Assembly: GCA_965205975.1 (NCBI GenBank)
Contig: OZ242195.1
Location: 3,584,001 to 3,648,000, forward strand
Origin: Candidatus Latescibacterota bacterium
Lineage (GTDB): Bacteria; Latescibacterota; UBA2968
DNA: 64,000 nucleotides
Direction: 5' to 3'
Under the pieces are notes generated by a model. That model had not been told where the DNA came from. It saw only the letters and a list, made by a program, of their open reading frames with translations, and ran no database searches. Every line of letters begins with the position of its first letter. Position 1 is the first letter of the stretch. A program made the translations under genes and the position numbers. Shown piece after piece: positions 17,535 through 27,887 of the stretch.

Positions 17535-20500
17535 ATGCCCCGGATTTTCGACAATATTGAACAGCATCTTCATTCCGCATTGACCGAGACCATGGAAGTC
17601 TCAGAACGTGCGGATTTCTGCGTTGGCTATTTTAATCTTCGGGGCTGGCGTTCAATCGACGAATACGTCGAAAAGTGGGCGGGTGGAGATGGTCAATGTT
17701 GCCGTCTTCTCGTTGGCATGCAACAGTTGCCACACGAAGATTTGCGGCTTGCCAGGAGTTTTGCAGCCGACCAGGGGGGACTCGATAATCAGACCGCGTC
17801 TCGGCTCAAAAAAAGACTGGCAGAAGAATTTCGAGAACAACTGATCCTGGGTGCCCCAACCAACGAGGACGAAGCGGGTCTGCGGAGGTTGGCGGCGCAG
17901 ATTAAGGCAAAGAAACTCGTCGTCAAACTCTTCCTCAAACACCCGCTACACGCCAAGCTCTACCTCTTGTTCAGGCCAGATCCGATCAATCCCATAGTTG
18001 GATACCTCGGAAGCAGCAATCTCACATTATCGGGCCTTTCCTATCAAGGCGAACTCAACGTCGATGTGCTGGATCACGATGCCTGTCAAAAGCTGGCGAC
18101 ATGGTTCGAAGACAGGTGGAATGACCGCTGGTGTGTCGATATCTCGAAAGAACTCAGTGAGATTATTGAGGAAAGTTGGGCGCGCGAAGAACTGATCCCA
18201 CCCCACCAGATCTACATCAAAATGGCGTATCATCTGTCGCAAGAAGCACGGGCTGGCCTGACGGAATTTCGCATACCAAAAGACTTCGACAACAAATTGC
18301 TCGACTTTCAGGCGGCCGCCGTGAAGATCGCCGCACACCACCTCAACCGACGGGGCGGTGTCATCATCGGCGATGTGGTCGGGCTGGGCAAGACGCTCAT
18401 GGCGACCGCTCTGGCGCGCGTATTTGAGGACGATCACGGCCTGGAAACGCTGATCTTATGCCCGAAAAATCTCGTTCCGATGTGGGAGGATTATCGCGAT
18501 CAGTACCGCATGCGCGCCCGCGTATTGTCAATCACCCGCGTGATCAACGCATTACCCGACATGCGCCGTTTCCGCCTGATCATAATTGATGAGAGCCACA
18601 ATCTGAGAAATCGAGAAGGCAAGCGATACCGCGCCATCCAGGAATACATCCAGGAAAACGACAGCAAGTGTATCCTGCTGTCCGCGACGCCCTACAACAA
18701 GACATATCTGGACCTGTCCAGCCAACTTCGCCTGTTTGTACCCGAAGATGAAGACCTGGGGATTCGTCCGGAACGCCTGTTGCGAAAAATGGGTGAGACA
18801 GAATTCATTCGCCAACACCAGGCAGGGTTGCGGACACTGGCCGCGTTCGAGCGATCCGAGCACGCGGCAGACTGGCAGGAACTCATGCGTCTGTACCTCG
18901 TGCGTCGGACCCGCAGCTTTATCCGGGAAAACTATGCCGCCATCGACGAGACCACTCAAAAGAAATACCTGACATTCGAAGACGGCAGTCGTTCCTATTT
19001 TCCCACCCGGGTTCCCAAGACGATTCAATTCGACATTGGCGATCAGTACGCTCGCCTGTTCACGGGCAAAGTGGTTGGTGCCATAAACAGCCTGGAACTT
19101 CCGCGGTATGGCCTTGGCAACTACGTCACACCCTCGCCACACACGCCACCAACATCAACCGAAGAAAAAATCCGCGACGACTTATCGCGCGCAGGCAAGC
19201 GACTCATGGGCTTCTGCAGAACCAACCTGTTCAAACGACTCGAGAGCAGCGGCCACGCCTTCCTGCTATCGGTTGAACGACACATATTGCGAAACTTCAT
19301 TTTTTTGCACGCCATTGAAAATGACCTGCCGATCCCAATCGGAACGACAGACGCGGGACTACTGGACTCGCATTCCTATGACGAAGATGTGGAAAGCACA
19401 ACGGGCAACATCTTCGAGGAAGACGATGACGGTGCGAACGAAAACCTCAACGAAGCGAAAGCGCTGAGAACCGAACAGGATTTCCACCAAAGAGCCGCTG
19501 AAGTCTATACCCGCTATGCCTCTGTACACAGAAATCGATTTCGCTGGCTGGCCTCGCACCATTTTCTTAAAACCCTTCGCAAAGATCTGATGAACGACGC
19601 CGAAACGCTACGCGACCTCCTCGTTCAATTCGGGACATGGCAAGCAGAAGAAGATACAAAACTCCAGGCACTGGAAAATTTGCGACCACACACCCGGACC
19701 ACAAGGCTCTGGTCTTTACGCAATTCGCCGACACAGTGCGCTATCTGGGGCGCGAGCTTAAAGCACGCGGCGTATCGCAGATGGAAGCCGTAACCGGAGA
19801 GACGGACAATCCGACCCGGCTGGCATGGCGTTTCAGTCCAAAGAGCAACGAGAAAGAGGATCGCATTACGAGCGCCAATGAACTTCGGATTATGATCTCC
19901 ACGGATGTCCTGAGCGAAGGACAAAATCTTCAGGACTGCGCTATTGTCGTAAATTACGATCTTCCATGGGCGATTATCCGCCTGATTCAACGCGCCGGAC
20001 GCGTGGATCGCATCGGACAGCAAGCGGACACCATCCTGTGCTATTCCTTTCTCCCCGAAGATGGCATTGAACGTCTCATCCGGCTTCGAACGCGCGTTAG
20101 AACACGCCTTGATCAAAACGCCGAAGTTGTTGGAACCGACGAAGCCTTTTTTGAGGACGAAGACGAGCGCGCTGTTCGCAATCTGTACCACGAGCAGGCG
20201 GGCATCCTCGATGGGGAAGAAGAAACCGATGTCGATCTCTCCTCTTATGCCTATCAGATCTGGAAAAACGCGACAACAGCCGATCCGTCGCTGAAAAAGA
20301 AAATCGAAGATATGCCATCCGTCGTCCATTCTTCACGGGCCTACGCACAAACGCCGCAACATCCCGAAGGTGCTCTGGTCTATATGAGCACAGCACAGGG
20401 ACACGATGCCTTAGCGTGGATGGACCGCAACGGCAGTAGCGTAACCGAGAGCCAGTTCGACATCCTGCGTACCGCGGCCTGCTTACCCGACGAACCGGCC

Positions 20501-20890
20501 CTACCGCGCCACGACACCCACCATGAATTGGTGTACAAAGCCGCAGAACACATCGCCCGCGAAGAAGCACAGGTCGGTGGTCAACTCGGACGCCCATCGG
20601 GTGCCCGGTTCAAAACTTATGAACGGCTCAAAAACTATGCCGAAAACGTCAAAGACACGCTATTCGACACAGAGCTACTACGTCGAGCAGTAGATGACAT
20701 CTACCGCTATCCCCTGCGTCAAGCTGCAGTAGATACGCTAAACCGCCAGTTGCGTAGCAGCATCTCCGACGAGACCCTCGCACAACTGGTCATCGCCCTC
20801 AGAGATGAAGACAGGCTTTGTATTGTAAACCAGGAAGACGAACACCAGGAACCTCAGATCATCTGCTCAATGGGCTTGATTGGACAATAA
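17535..20890 (+). pseudogene. PLD (NgoFVII-like HxK) nuclease + SNF2-type SF2 helicase, split by a frameshift near 19683
   Basis: LHAKLY...GSSNLT; GDVVGLGKT; IIDESHN; LSATP in ORF 17535-19793. Helicase C motifs KALVFTQF, STDVLSEGQNLQ and QRAGRVDRIG continue in the -1 frame (19637-20890). Confidence 0.85.
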
Positions 20891-20899
20891 GGATATGAA

Positions 20900-23011
20900 A
20901 TGCCGATAAATCTCGACAGAAACAGAGTCAAACAACATCTACAGAACCACGATCTCCAGATGCTCTTCATTGAAGAACTCGGCTGGGACTACGGCGGAAC
21001 AGACCTGGAAATCCCCATCGCCGACAGGTCATTCGCACTCAAAGCCATTGCCCACAAGCGCGGCATGGTCGCCTACCAGTACACACCGACCTCGGACGAC
21101 GCCTTCCCCGACCATCCTACCCGCCAGAAAATAGAAAGAACCGTCACCTAGACCGTCCGCGAACACATTATCATCTATGTCTCTCACGAAAGCAACGCGC
21201 TATACTGGCAATGGGTAAAACGCGAACCGGGACAAACGGATCGGTCCCGCCAGCATATCTATCACCAGGATCAGTCGGGCGAAGCCCTGATACAAAAGCT
21301 GGAACAAATAGCCTTCGCATTGGAAGAAGAAGAAGACCTTACCATTGCCGATGTTACGAGCCGGGTGCGTGCAGCTTTCGATGTCGATAAAGTCACCAAA
21401 AAATTCTACGACCACTTTAAAAAAGAGCACACTGCTTTTCTGGACTTCATCAAGGGAATCCAGAACCTCGCCGACCGCGAATGGTACGCCTCTTTGATGT
21501 TGAACCGGATGATGTTCATTCCCGATGTGCTCGGCTACATCTTCGAGAAGTACATCAATCAGAAGCAAATGGGAGCCTATTACACAAAAGAGGACATCAC
21601 CGGGTACATCAGCCGCAACACCATTATCCCGTTCTTATTCGACCAGGCGAAAAAGGAATGCGCCATCGCGTTCAAACCCGACGGCGCAATATGGCGATTG
21701 TTATCGGACGATCCAGACCGGTATTTTTACGAAGCCGTGCGCCACGGCATCACTTATGACATTCACGAAAAAGAAAACCTTGCAGAGACGCGCGAACTAC
21801 CGCCTAAAATAGCCGCCGGTCTAAACGATATATCCCAACGCGGTGAATGGAACAAACCCGCACCATCCGAATACGCCCTGCCAACCGAAACATGGCGTGA
21901 GCACATTGCCCGCCGCCAACGCTACGAAGAAATCCACGCCAAACTCGCCAATGGCGAAGTCACCACCATCAACGACCTCATCACCTACAACTTGGACATC
22001 GAAAAATTTGCCCTGAACGCAATCGAAGGCAGCGAAGGTCCAGAACTCATTCGCGCCTTCTATAAAGCAATTGTCAAGATCTCCATACTCGAGCCAACAT
22101 GTGGTTCCGGCGCATTCCTGTTTGCCGCGCTCAACATTTCAGAGCTACTCTACGTCGCCTGTCTGGAGGCTATGCGGGGGTTCCTCGACGATCTGGAGCG
22201 TTCAACACGCAAGCACAGCCCAAACAAACTGAGCGACTTCCGCAATGTGCTAAAGCAGGTCTCTGAACACGCCAGCGAACGCTACTTCATCCTCAAATCC
22301 ATCATCATCGACAATCTCTACGGCGTTGACATAATGGATGAGGCCGTGGAAATCTGCAAACTGCGCCTATTCTTGAAACTCGTCGCACAACTGGAAAGCT
22401 ATGACCAGATTGAGCCACTACCCGACATCGACTTCAACATCCGCGCTGGCAACACGCTCATCGGCTTCACATCGCTTGAAGAAGTGCGAGAGGTACTGAG
22501 CACAAACTTTATAAAACAATTGTCGCTTCCCAAAATTGAAGAACGCGCAGAAATCGCTGACCGCGCCTTCCGCAAATTCCGCGAAATGCAAATCACCCAC
22601 GGCATGGATGCCGACAAATACGCCAGCGCGAAATTGGAACTGAAGGAACGCCTCGACGACCTGCGCGACGAATTAGACGAATATCTGGCCGAAGATTACG
22701 GCGTCAAGGTAGATAACGAAAAAGCGTACACCCAATGGCGCAACAGCCATCAGCCCTTCCACTGGTTCGTCGAGTTTTATGGGATTATGAATCAGGGTGG
22801 TTTCGATGTGATTATTGGGAATCCGCCTTATCTCGAAACACGAGAAGTTCCCTACTCGACACGACATTTTACCTGTGAAGATAGTAGAGCTATTCATGCC
22901 ATGTGTATGGAGCGAAGCCTCGCTTTATGTGTAGAAAATGGATGCGTGAGCATGATAGTACCCCTCGCGTTAGTGTCCATGAGGTGCGCCCCATTATTTG
23001 ACCCGGTATAA
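20900..23011 (+). pseudogene. Eco57I-like (type IIG/IIL) adenine methyltransferase, inactivated
   Basis: One reading frame with an internal TAG at 21149-21151; LGYIFEKY, GAYYT, ILEPTCGSGAFL, LYGVDI, GFDVIIGNPPY; ends about 60 codons after NPPY. Confidence 0.85.
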
Positions 23012-23018
23012 AGGCTAA

Positions 23019-23047
23019 TTGACATTGGGTGTCAGCGTGGTATTTTC
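23019..23047 (+). promoter_or_regulatory. Putative sigma70 promoter
   Basis: TTGACA at 23019, TG-n-TATTTT about 16-17 nt downstream, then AGGAGG and ATG (~23069) of a short, probably broken ORF. Confidence 0.45.
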
Positions 23048-23188
23048 TCACCAACAGGAGGAGATACCATGGGTAAGAAAACGTTGAAGGAAAAGTACCC
23101 GTTGATACCGATTTTGGCATGGAATTTGCCTTGATACTCAATATGTTAGATGGAGTGGTTCCGGCCCTTTTGTATATAATTCCCTAAA

Positions 23189-23253
23189 ATCACCATGACG
23201 CCTTCGCATCCCGGAGATTTCATCCGCACGGAAATTATTGAGGAATCGGATTG
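23189..23253 (+). pseudogene. 5' fragment of a second higA antitoxin
   Basis: atgacgccttcgcatcccggagatttcatccgcacggaaattattgagga closely matches 23962-24010 (MTPSHPGDFIRTEI). Confidence 0.75.
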
Positions 23254-23376
23254 AATGGATAAGACTGTGCCATTTTTCGGAAGCGAATCAGGTAAAAGAA
23301 AAATATCTCTTGACATATCTCTGTTAGTAGGCTAAATCATTCAGAGATGATAATTGCGGAGAAAAGGAGATGAATA

Positions 23377-23559
23377 ATGAGACTCAAAACCTCCCCACAG
23401 AGTCAGAGACAAGCCGCTTCAACGAGGAAACCCGGGACGCGAAACGCGGTGGAAACAGCCATTCGAATGTCAAAGGGCAATAAGTCACGCAAATGGGAAA
23501 TCGTTGCCCCTCGGGTAATCTCGCGATGGCCTTCTCAGAGCGGCGAAAGCAGGACGTAA
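23377..23559 (+). CDS. Small basic hypothetical protein (60 aa)
   Basis: TTGACA at ~23310 and AAGGAG upstream of the ATG; no recognisable motif. Confidence 0.4.
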   Translation: MRLKTSPQSQRQAASTRKPGTRNAVETAIRMSKGNKSRKWEIVAPRVISRWPSQSGESRT

Positions 23560-23591
23560 TTTGTTTTTTTTAACACTGGAGTATTTGAGTT

Positions 23592-23822
23592 ATGCAAATG
23601 CCAACCATTGAAAGTCGTGTCGCTGTTCTCGAAGCAGTTATGGAGCAGGTCAACCACCGCTTAAGTAGCATTGAGAACCGCTTGACAGGCATTGAAAATC
23701 GCATTGAACAAGGTCAGAGAGAAGCCAGAACAGATTTTCGCTGGCTTATCGGCATTATGATCAGCACACAGCTAACAACGCTGATCACGCTTGGAACGCT
23801 GATTCTGGTCAAACTCGGATAA
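23592..23822 (+). CDS. Small coiled-coil protein with a C-terminal TM helix (DUF1640/XhlA-like architecture)
   Basis: Heptads IESRVAVLE...RLSSIENRLTGIENRIE, then DFRWLIGIMI hydrophobic tail; GGAG upstream. Confidence 0.75.
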   Translation: MQMPTIESRVAVLEAVMEQVNHRLSSIENRLTGIENRIEQGQREARTDFRWLIGIMISTQLTTLITLGTLILVKLG

Positions 23823-23825
23823 GCC

Positions 23826-23868
23826 GTCTTGCAAGCGGTGAAAGCAAGACGCAATTTGTTTTTTTTAC
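23826..23868 (+). terminator. Probable intrinsic terminator
   Basis: cgtcttgc...gcaagacg stem followed by a T-rich tract; diverged copy at 23540-23583. Confidence 0.5.
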
Positions 23869-23943
23869 CACTGGGTACATTACAAAAATCCCGTCTGGTC
23901 ATTCCAGCGCGGGATTTTTATTACCTTTGGAAGATTATCACTA

Positions 23944-24213
23944 ATGGCTGACAACATAACCATGACACCTTCGCATCCCGGCGATTTCATCCGCACTGAA
24001 ATTGTCGAAGAACTGGGATTGAGTGTCGCGAAGGTAGCTGAGATTCTGGGGGTACATCGGACCACCCTTTCCGACCTGCTGAACAGCAACGCGACCCTAT
24101 CTGCGGAGATGGCACTGCGTATTGAGAAAGCCTTTGGTATTAGCATGGACACACTGTTGCGAATGCAGGTATGGTACGACGCCGCTGAGCCAGAAATTTG
24201 CTATGAATCCTGA
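23944..24213 (+). CDS. higA: HigA-family HTH antitoxin (no toxin adjacent)
   Basis: PSHPGDFIRTEIVEELGLSVAKVAEILGVHRTTLSDLLN...LSAEMALRIEKAFG...LLRMQ..YD. Confidence 0.88.
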   Translation: MADNITMTPSHPGDFIRTEIVEELGLSVAKVAEILGVHRTTLSDLLNSNATLSAEMALRIEKAFGISMDTLLRMQVWYDAAEPEICYES

Positions 24214-24351
24214 AAACAAAATACTTTTAATGCCCACCTATCTCGGCTGAAGAAGTGTCCGGTGCCATCCAGGGCAAAGTCATCTATCGCGAAGACATCA
24301 ATACACCGACCATTGACGAATGGAAAGATTTGTCATGATAGTTCTGGACAC
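24203..24351 (+). pseudogene. vapBC-like remnant: frameshifted antitoxin tail plus the first codons of a PIN toxin
   Basis: ...QGKVIYREDINTPTIDEWKDLS* overlaps (ATGA, 24335-24338) MIVLDT, a typical PIN N-terminus, which runs into a REP. Confidence 0.55.
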
Positions 24352-24353
24352 TT

Positions 24354-24467
24354 CTGGATCGCGGCTAAAATCATACCGCGATGACACACGGGACGGCACG
24401 GGGGCCGTCCCCTACAAACCTTCTGGATCGCGGCTCAACACCATACCGCGATGACGGCTTTGTTGAT
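24354..24467. repeat. REP cluster: two CTGGATCGCGG...CCGCGATGAC palindromes flanking a GTAG-type REP
   Basis: Copies at 24354-24385 and 24423-24455; gggacggcacgggggccgtcccctac at 24390-24415. Confidence 0.85.
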
Positions 24468-24482
24468 AGGGCTGATTGATGA

Positions 24483-25811
24483 TTAAGATCTCTCCATCCC
24501 ACCTTCTATTACTTCACCAAGCCGACCAATCAGATAAACCGGTATGTGGATCGCATTTAGCCCTGAAGATGTCGTGAGTTTTCCTGGCATATCGAGATTG
24601 ACGAGAACGCCCAGATTGCTCCCATGCCGCGCAGCGTATTCTGACAGACCACCTGTATCCCGCGGCCTTGTGACAAGCGACGCTTTACACTCGATGGATA
24701 TGGTATCGCCCAATGCCGTGCGAAAAACGAAATCGACTTCGGAACTATTGACGCCTTTCTTCCACCCCGTCAAATCCTGTCCCAATGCCACGAGTTCCGT
24801 CGCCAGCATATTCTCAATAATACCCCCAAGGGGCGCGCGCTGAGCGGCATCGAGACTTGAGAGAATATCGATACGCGGCAGCGCAGCCAGTCGCAGGTCA
24901 TTGGCCAATCCCGGATCGTAGAGATAGCGCTTGGGCGAAAAGCCCTGTTGCTCTGGGCGCGTGCCCTCGATATTGGACTTGTAGATCAGCTTCCACGACT
25001 CGAGCAATTCCAGAAAATCCGGTACCCTTCTGTAAAGAGCAGACGTCGTCCGCACCATCTGCGCGTACTTGCTTGGGCTACCGAGATTTGATGCCACACC
25101 GCGCAAACACTGATCGAACAAAGAGGCTTCGGTTGCCGAAAAAATCCTGGCAAAATCACTGCGATAGTCCAGATACAAATCCCGACGCAACTGCCGCCAA
25201 TCCAATCCGTCAAAAAACGATGAGGCAACCGCTGGTAGCCCTCCCACATCGAGATACGACTGCACGTATTTGAGAAGGCGTTCATGTAAGAACACGGATA
25301 GCTGAAACGGATCTTCAAAAGCGAGCAACGCTTCCGCTTTGCCACAGCGAAGAAACTCTCTAAAACTGAACGGCTGCAATAAAAATCGCGTAACTCTTCC
25401 AACGGGAAAGCGCGTTTCCGGCCCGAAGATGCGCGACATAGAACTACCCGTAAGAATAACCGGTGTGTGCTGCCATTTCTCTTTCATAAACCGCACAAAC
25501 CCACCCAGCACAGAACTTTCTTGCGCCTCATCAATACACAAAATGCGCTGTCCGTCGCCTTTGAACTGGTACACAGCCGCAAGATACGTCTCAAAATCCG
25601 CAAAATCCCTGCAAGAATTGAGGTCGTAAACCGCGCGATTATCCTCCTCCAGATTCAGGTAGAGAATCTCGCGGTCCAGTTTTGGTCTGATAGATTCTAT
25701 AAGCGTCGTCTTCCCAACCTGTCGCGCGCCCTCCAACAGAGCGACATTAGGATGCTCAACGCGATGGGATAGATGTGCAATCAGACGTTTTTCCAGATCT
25801 CTTTGTATCAT
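24483..25811 (-). CDS. AAA_14 ATPase with C-terminal DUF4143
   Basis: GARQVGKTT Walker A, IDEAQ Walker B, ILTGSS, GRV, GGLP, KRYLYDPGL, GIIEN, SEVDFV, IECK. Confidence 0.9.
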   Translation of the reverse strand: MIQRDLEKRLIAHLSHRVEHPNVALLEGARQVGKTTLIESIRPKLDREILYLNLEEDNRAVYDLNSCRDFADFETYLAAVYQFKGDGQRILCIDEAQESSVLGGFVRFMKEKWQHTPVILTGSSMSRIFGPETRFPVGRVTRFLLQPFSFREFLRCGKAEALLAFEDPFQLSVFLHERLLKYVQSYLDVGGLPAVASSFFDGLDWRQLRRDLYLDYRSDFARIFSATEASLFDQCLRGVASNLGSPSKYAQMVRTTSALYRRVPDFLELLESWKLIYKSNIEGTRPEQQGFSPKRYLYDPGLANDLRLAALPRIDILSSLDAAQRAPLGGIIENMLATELVALGQDLTGWKKGVNSSEVDFVFRTALGDTISIECKASLVTRPRDTGGLSEYAARHGSNLGVLVNLDMPGKLTTSSGLNAIHIPVYLIGRLGEVIEGGMERS

Positions 25812-25826
25812 GCTTTTATCCTCTCT

Positions 25827-25883
25827 TCAACAAAAATTAGCTAAAAATTGTCATAATATCAACAAAAATTAGCTAAAAATTGT
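25827..25883. promoter_or_regulatory. Perfect 25-bp direct repeat x2, putative operator
   Basis: tcaacaaaaattagctaaaaattgt at 25827-25851 and 25859-25883, directly upstream of the AAA-DUF4143 start. Confidence 0.6.
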
Positions 25884-25979
25884 AAGCACCCAGAGTCTCA
25901 ATCGCTTAAGCCAGGCCGGTATCCGCCTCGAAAAATTTACCTCTTGACCGCAAAGTAATTTTTAAATACCATCTGAATA

Positions 25980-27887
25980 ATGAAACGAATCTATTTTCTC
26001 ATTCCCTTACTCCTCTGTGGTTGTCTCGCTCCCGATCCGGGGCACCGTGCAAAAACGGGTGAAGCCGCACAATCCAACGCGGCGATCCACGAAACGCGCG
26101 CACCCAGACAAATCGATCCAAAAATCCTGATCAACCGCACCTTTGCGGAAGCTCCCATCCTCGCCGAAAAAGTCAAAAAAGGGGAACTCCCCCCCGTATC
26201 TGAACGCCTGCCCGAAAATCCACTCACCGTCGTCCCCATGGACACCATCGGACAGTACGGTGGCGTCTTGCGACGCGCACTCACCGGCGACATCATCCAA
26301 ACAGCGGGAACGAATAAAACACTGAGCGAAAACCTCATGGGATTTTCGCGTCCCTTACCCGACAGCATCGTACACAACCTCGCGGAAAATTTTGAATTTC
26401 GCGACGAAGGTCGAACCGCAATCTTCAAAATCCGCAAAGGCATCAAATGGTCAGACGGCGTGCCATTTACAGTTGACGACATATTGTTCTGGTACTACGA
26501 CATGACCTTTGACGACAACGCCCGCCCCCACAACCAGCCCGTGCCCCCCTCTGTGTGGGTCGTCGATGGCAAACCCATTGACCTCAAAAAAATCGACAAC
26601 CACACCCTTGAAGTCTCATCGTCCAAACCCCTCGGTCGCGTATTACACGCCCTGTGTTTAGACGTCATAGCACAGCCCAAACACCATCTATCACACCTGC
26701 ATCCCCGCTACAATCCCGAAGCGACATACGAAGAATTTCGAGAACAAGCGACCAATGCCATGGTCATCATGAAACCCGGCATGCCGCGCTTATCCGCCTG
26801 GGTCCCAGTCGAATGGATTCGCGGTCAACGCATCGTCTATGCGCGCAACCCCTACTATTGGAAAATCGACACAGCCGGCAATCAATTGCCATACGCGGAC
26901 CGCATCGAATTTACCGTCATCCAGGACCCCCAGGTTATCCTGCTCAAATTTGTCAACGGCGAACTCGACCTGTTTGGCCGCTACTCTCGCATCAACATGT
27001 TTCCCACCCTGCGCACGGAAGAAAAAAAGGGCAAATTCAAATTGCGGATCACCGGTCCAGACCGAGGTCCCGCCTATTACCTCAATTGGGACACCCCAAA
27101 ACCCGCCCTGCGAGAAGCCTTTCGCAACCGCGACGTGCGCATTGCCCTGTCTTATGCAATCAACCGCGAAGAAATCAACCAGATCGTCTATCACGGCTTG
27201 CTCGATCCCGCAGGCTACTCCTTTGCACCCTCCAATCCACACTATTTAGAAGCCGCCTATCGCAAATACGCCAAATTCGCCCCCGAAAAATCCCGCGACC
27301 TCCTCGACAAAGCCGGATACCGCGACACAGACAGCGATGGTTGGCGTGAACTCAAAGATGGATCGCGTTTTGAACTCAACATCGACGTCGTCCCCGGTGT
27401 CGGCGTCGATGTTTCCGAACTCGTCTCCGAACACTGGCGCAGCATTGGCATCAAAGCCAACCTGAACATTTCCCTGCGCGATATTGTATGGCCCCGCCGC
27501 CTCAACGGCGAATTTGACATTCACCACTGGGGCCTCGAAGGCCCCGCAGATCCTCTGGGCCGTCTCAACGACTGGGCAATTATGGCACCCACCGTCCCCT
27601 TTTGGCACCGCAACGCCTCCAAAGAAGGTCCCGCGTGGTTGCACGAAGCCACAATGCGCATCAAAAAAGTATTGACAACCGTAGATCCCATAGCCGTTCA
27701 TGAACATATGACAAAAGTGCGCGACCTCCACACCGACAACGTACCCGTTATCGTCGTCGGCTCCGCCTACTCCATCTGGGGAGCCAGCACGCGACTGGGC
27801 AATGTCCCCATGCAGGGTAGCGCCGCCGATGTACACCGCGGTTGGGGTCGCCCCGTATTTCACGAACAGATATTTATTAAAAAGTAG
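25980..27887 (+). CDS. ABC transporter substrate-binding lipoprotein, family 5 (peptide/nickel type)
   Basis: Lipobox LLCGC; EAPILA...GELPPVSERLPENP; GQYGG; KWSDGVPFTVDD; RNPYYWKIDTAGNQLPY. Confidence 0.92.
   Translation: MKRIYFLIPLLLCGCLAPDPGHRAKTGEAAQSNAAIHETRAPRQIDPKILINRTFAEAPILAEKVKKGELPPVSERLPENPLTVVPMDTIGQYGGVLRRALTGDIIQTAGTNKTLSENLMGFSRPLPDSIVHNLAENFEFRDEGRTAIFKIRKGIKWSDGVPFTVDDILFWYYDMTFDDNARPHNQPVPPSVWVVDGKPIDLKKIDNHTLEVSSSKPLGRVLHALCLDVIAQPKHHLSHLHPRYNPEATYEEFREQATNAMVIMKPGMPRLSAWVPVEWIRGQRIVYARNPYYWKIDTAGNQLPYADRIEFTVIQDPQVILLKFVNGELDLFGRYSRINMFPTLRTEEKKGKFKLRITGPDRGPAYYLNWDTPKPALREAFRNRDVRIALSYAINREEINQIVYHGLLDPAGYSFAPSNPHYLEAAYRKYAKFAPEKSRDLLDKAGYRDTDSDGWRELKDGSRFELNIDVVPGVGVDVSELVSEHWRSIGIKANLNISLRDIVWPRRLNGEFDIHHWGLEGPADPLGRLNDWAIMAPTVPFWHRNASKEGPAWLHEATMRIKKVLTTVDPIAVHEHMTKVRDLHTDNVPVIVVGSAYSIWGASTRLGNVPMQGSAADVHRGWGRPVFHEQIFIKK

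Noticed and set aside
19670..19700. Programmed -1 ribosomal frameshift in the helicase
   Set aside because: No clear canonical slippery heptamer with a stimulatory structure, and the neighbouring gene is also decayed.
21149..21151. TAG as pyrrolysine or a recoded stop
   Set aside because: TAG terminates many ordinary genes in this window and no pyl genes are seen; a nonsense mutation is simpler.
17535..23011. Calling the helicase-methyltransferase locus DISARM or BREX
   Set aside because: No DUF1998, DrmA-type helicase, PglZ or BrxC-like genes are present; only a generic PLD-helicase plus type IIG-like methyltransferase is supported.
23069..23186. Short ORF after a good promoter and RBS
   Set aside because: It stops after 21 codons and appears frameshifted; no function assignable.
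25827..25883. 25-bp direct repeat as a mini CRISPR array
   Set aside because: Only two copies with a 7-nt gap, far too short for a spacer.
25895..25931. GTCTCAATCGCTTAAGCCAGGCCGGTATCCGCCTCGA resembles the start of some CRISPR repeats
   Set aside because: Single copy, no spacers and no cas genes in the window.
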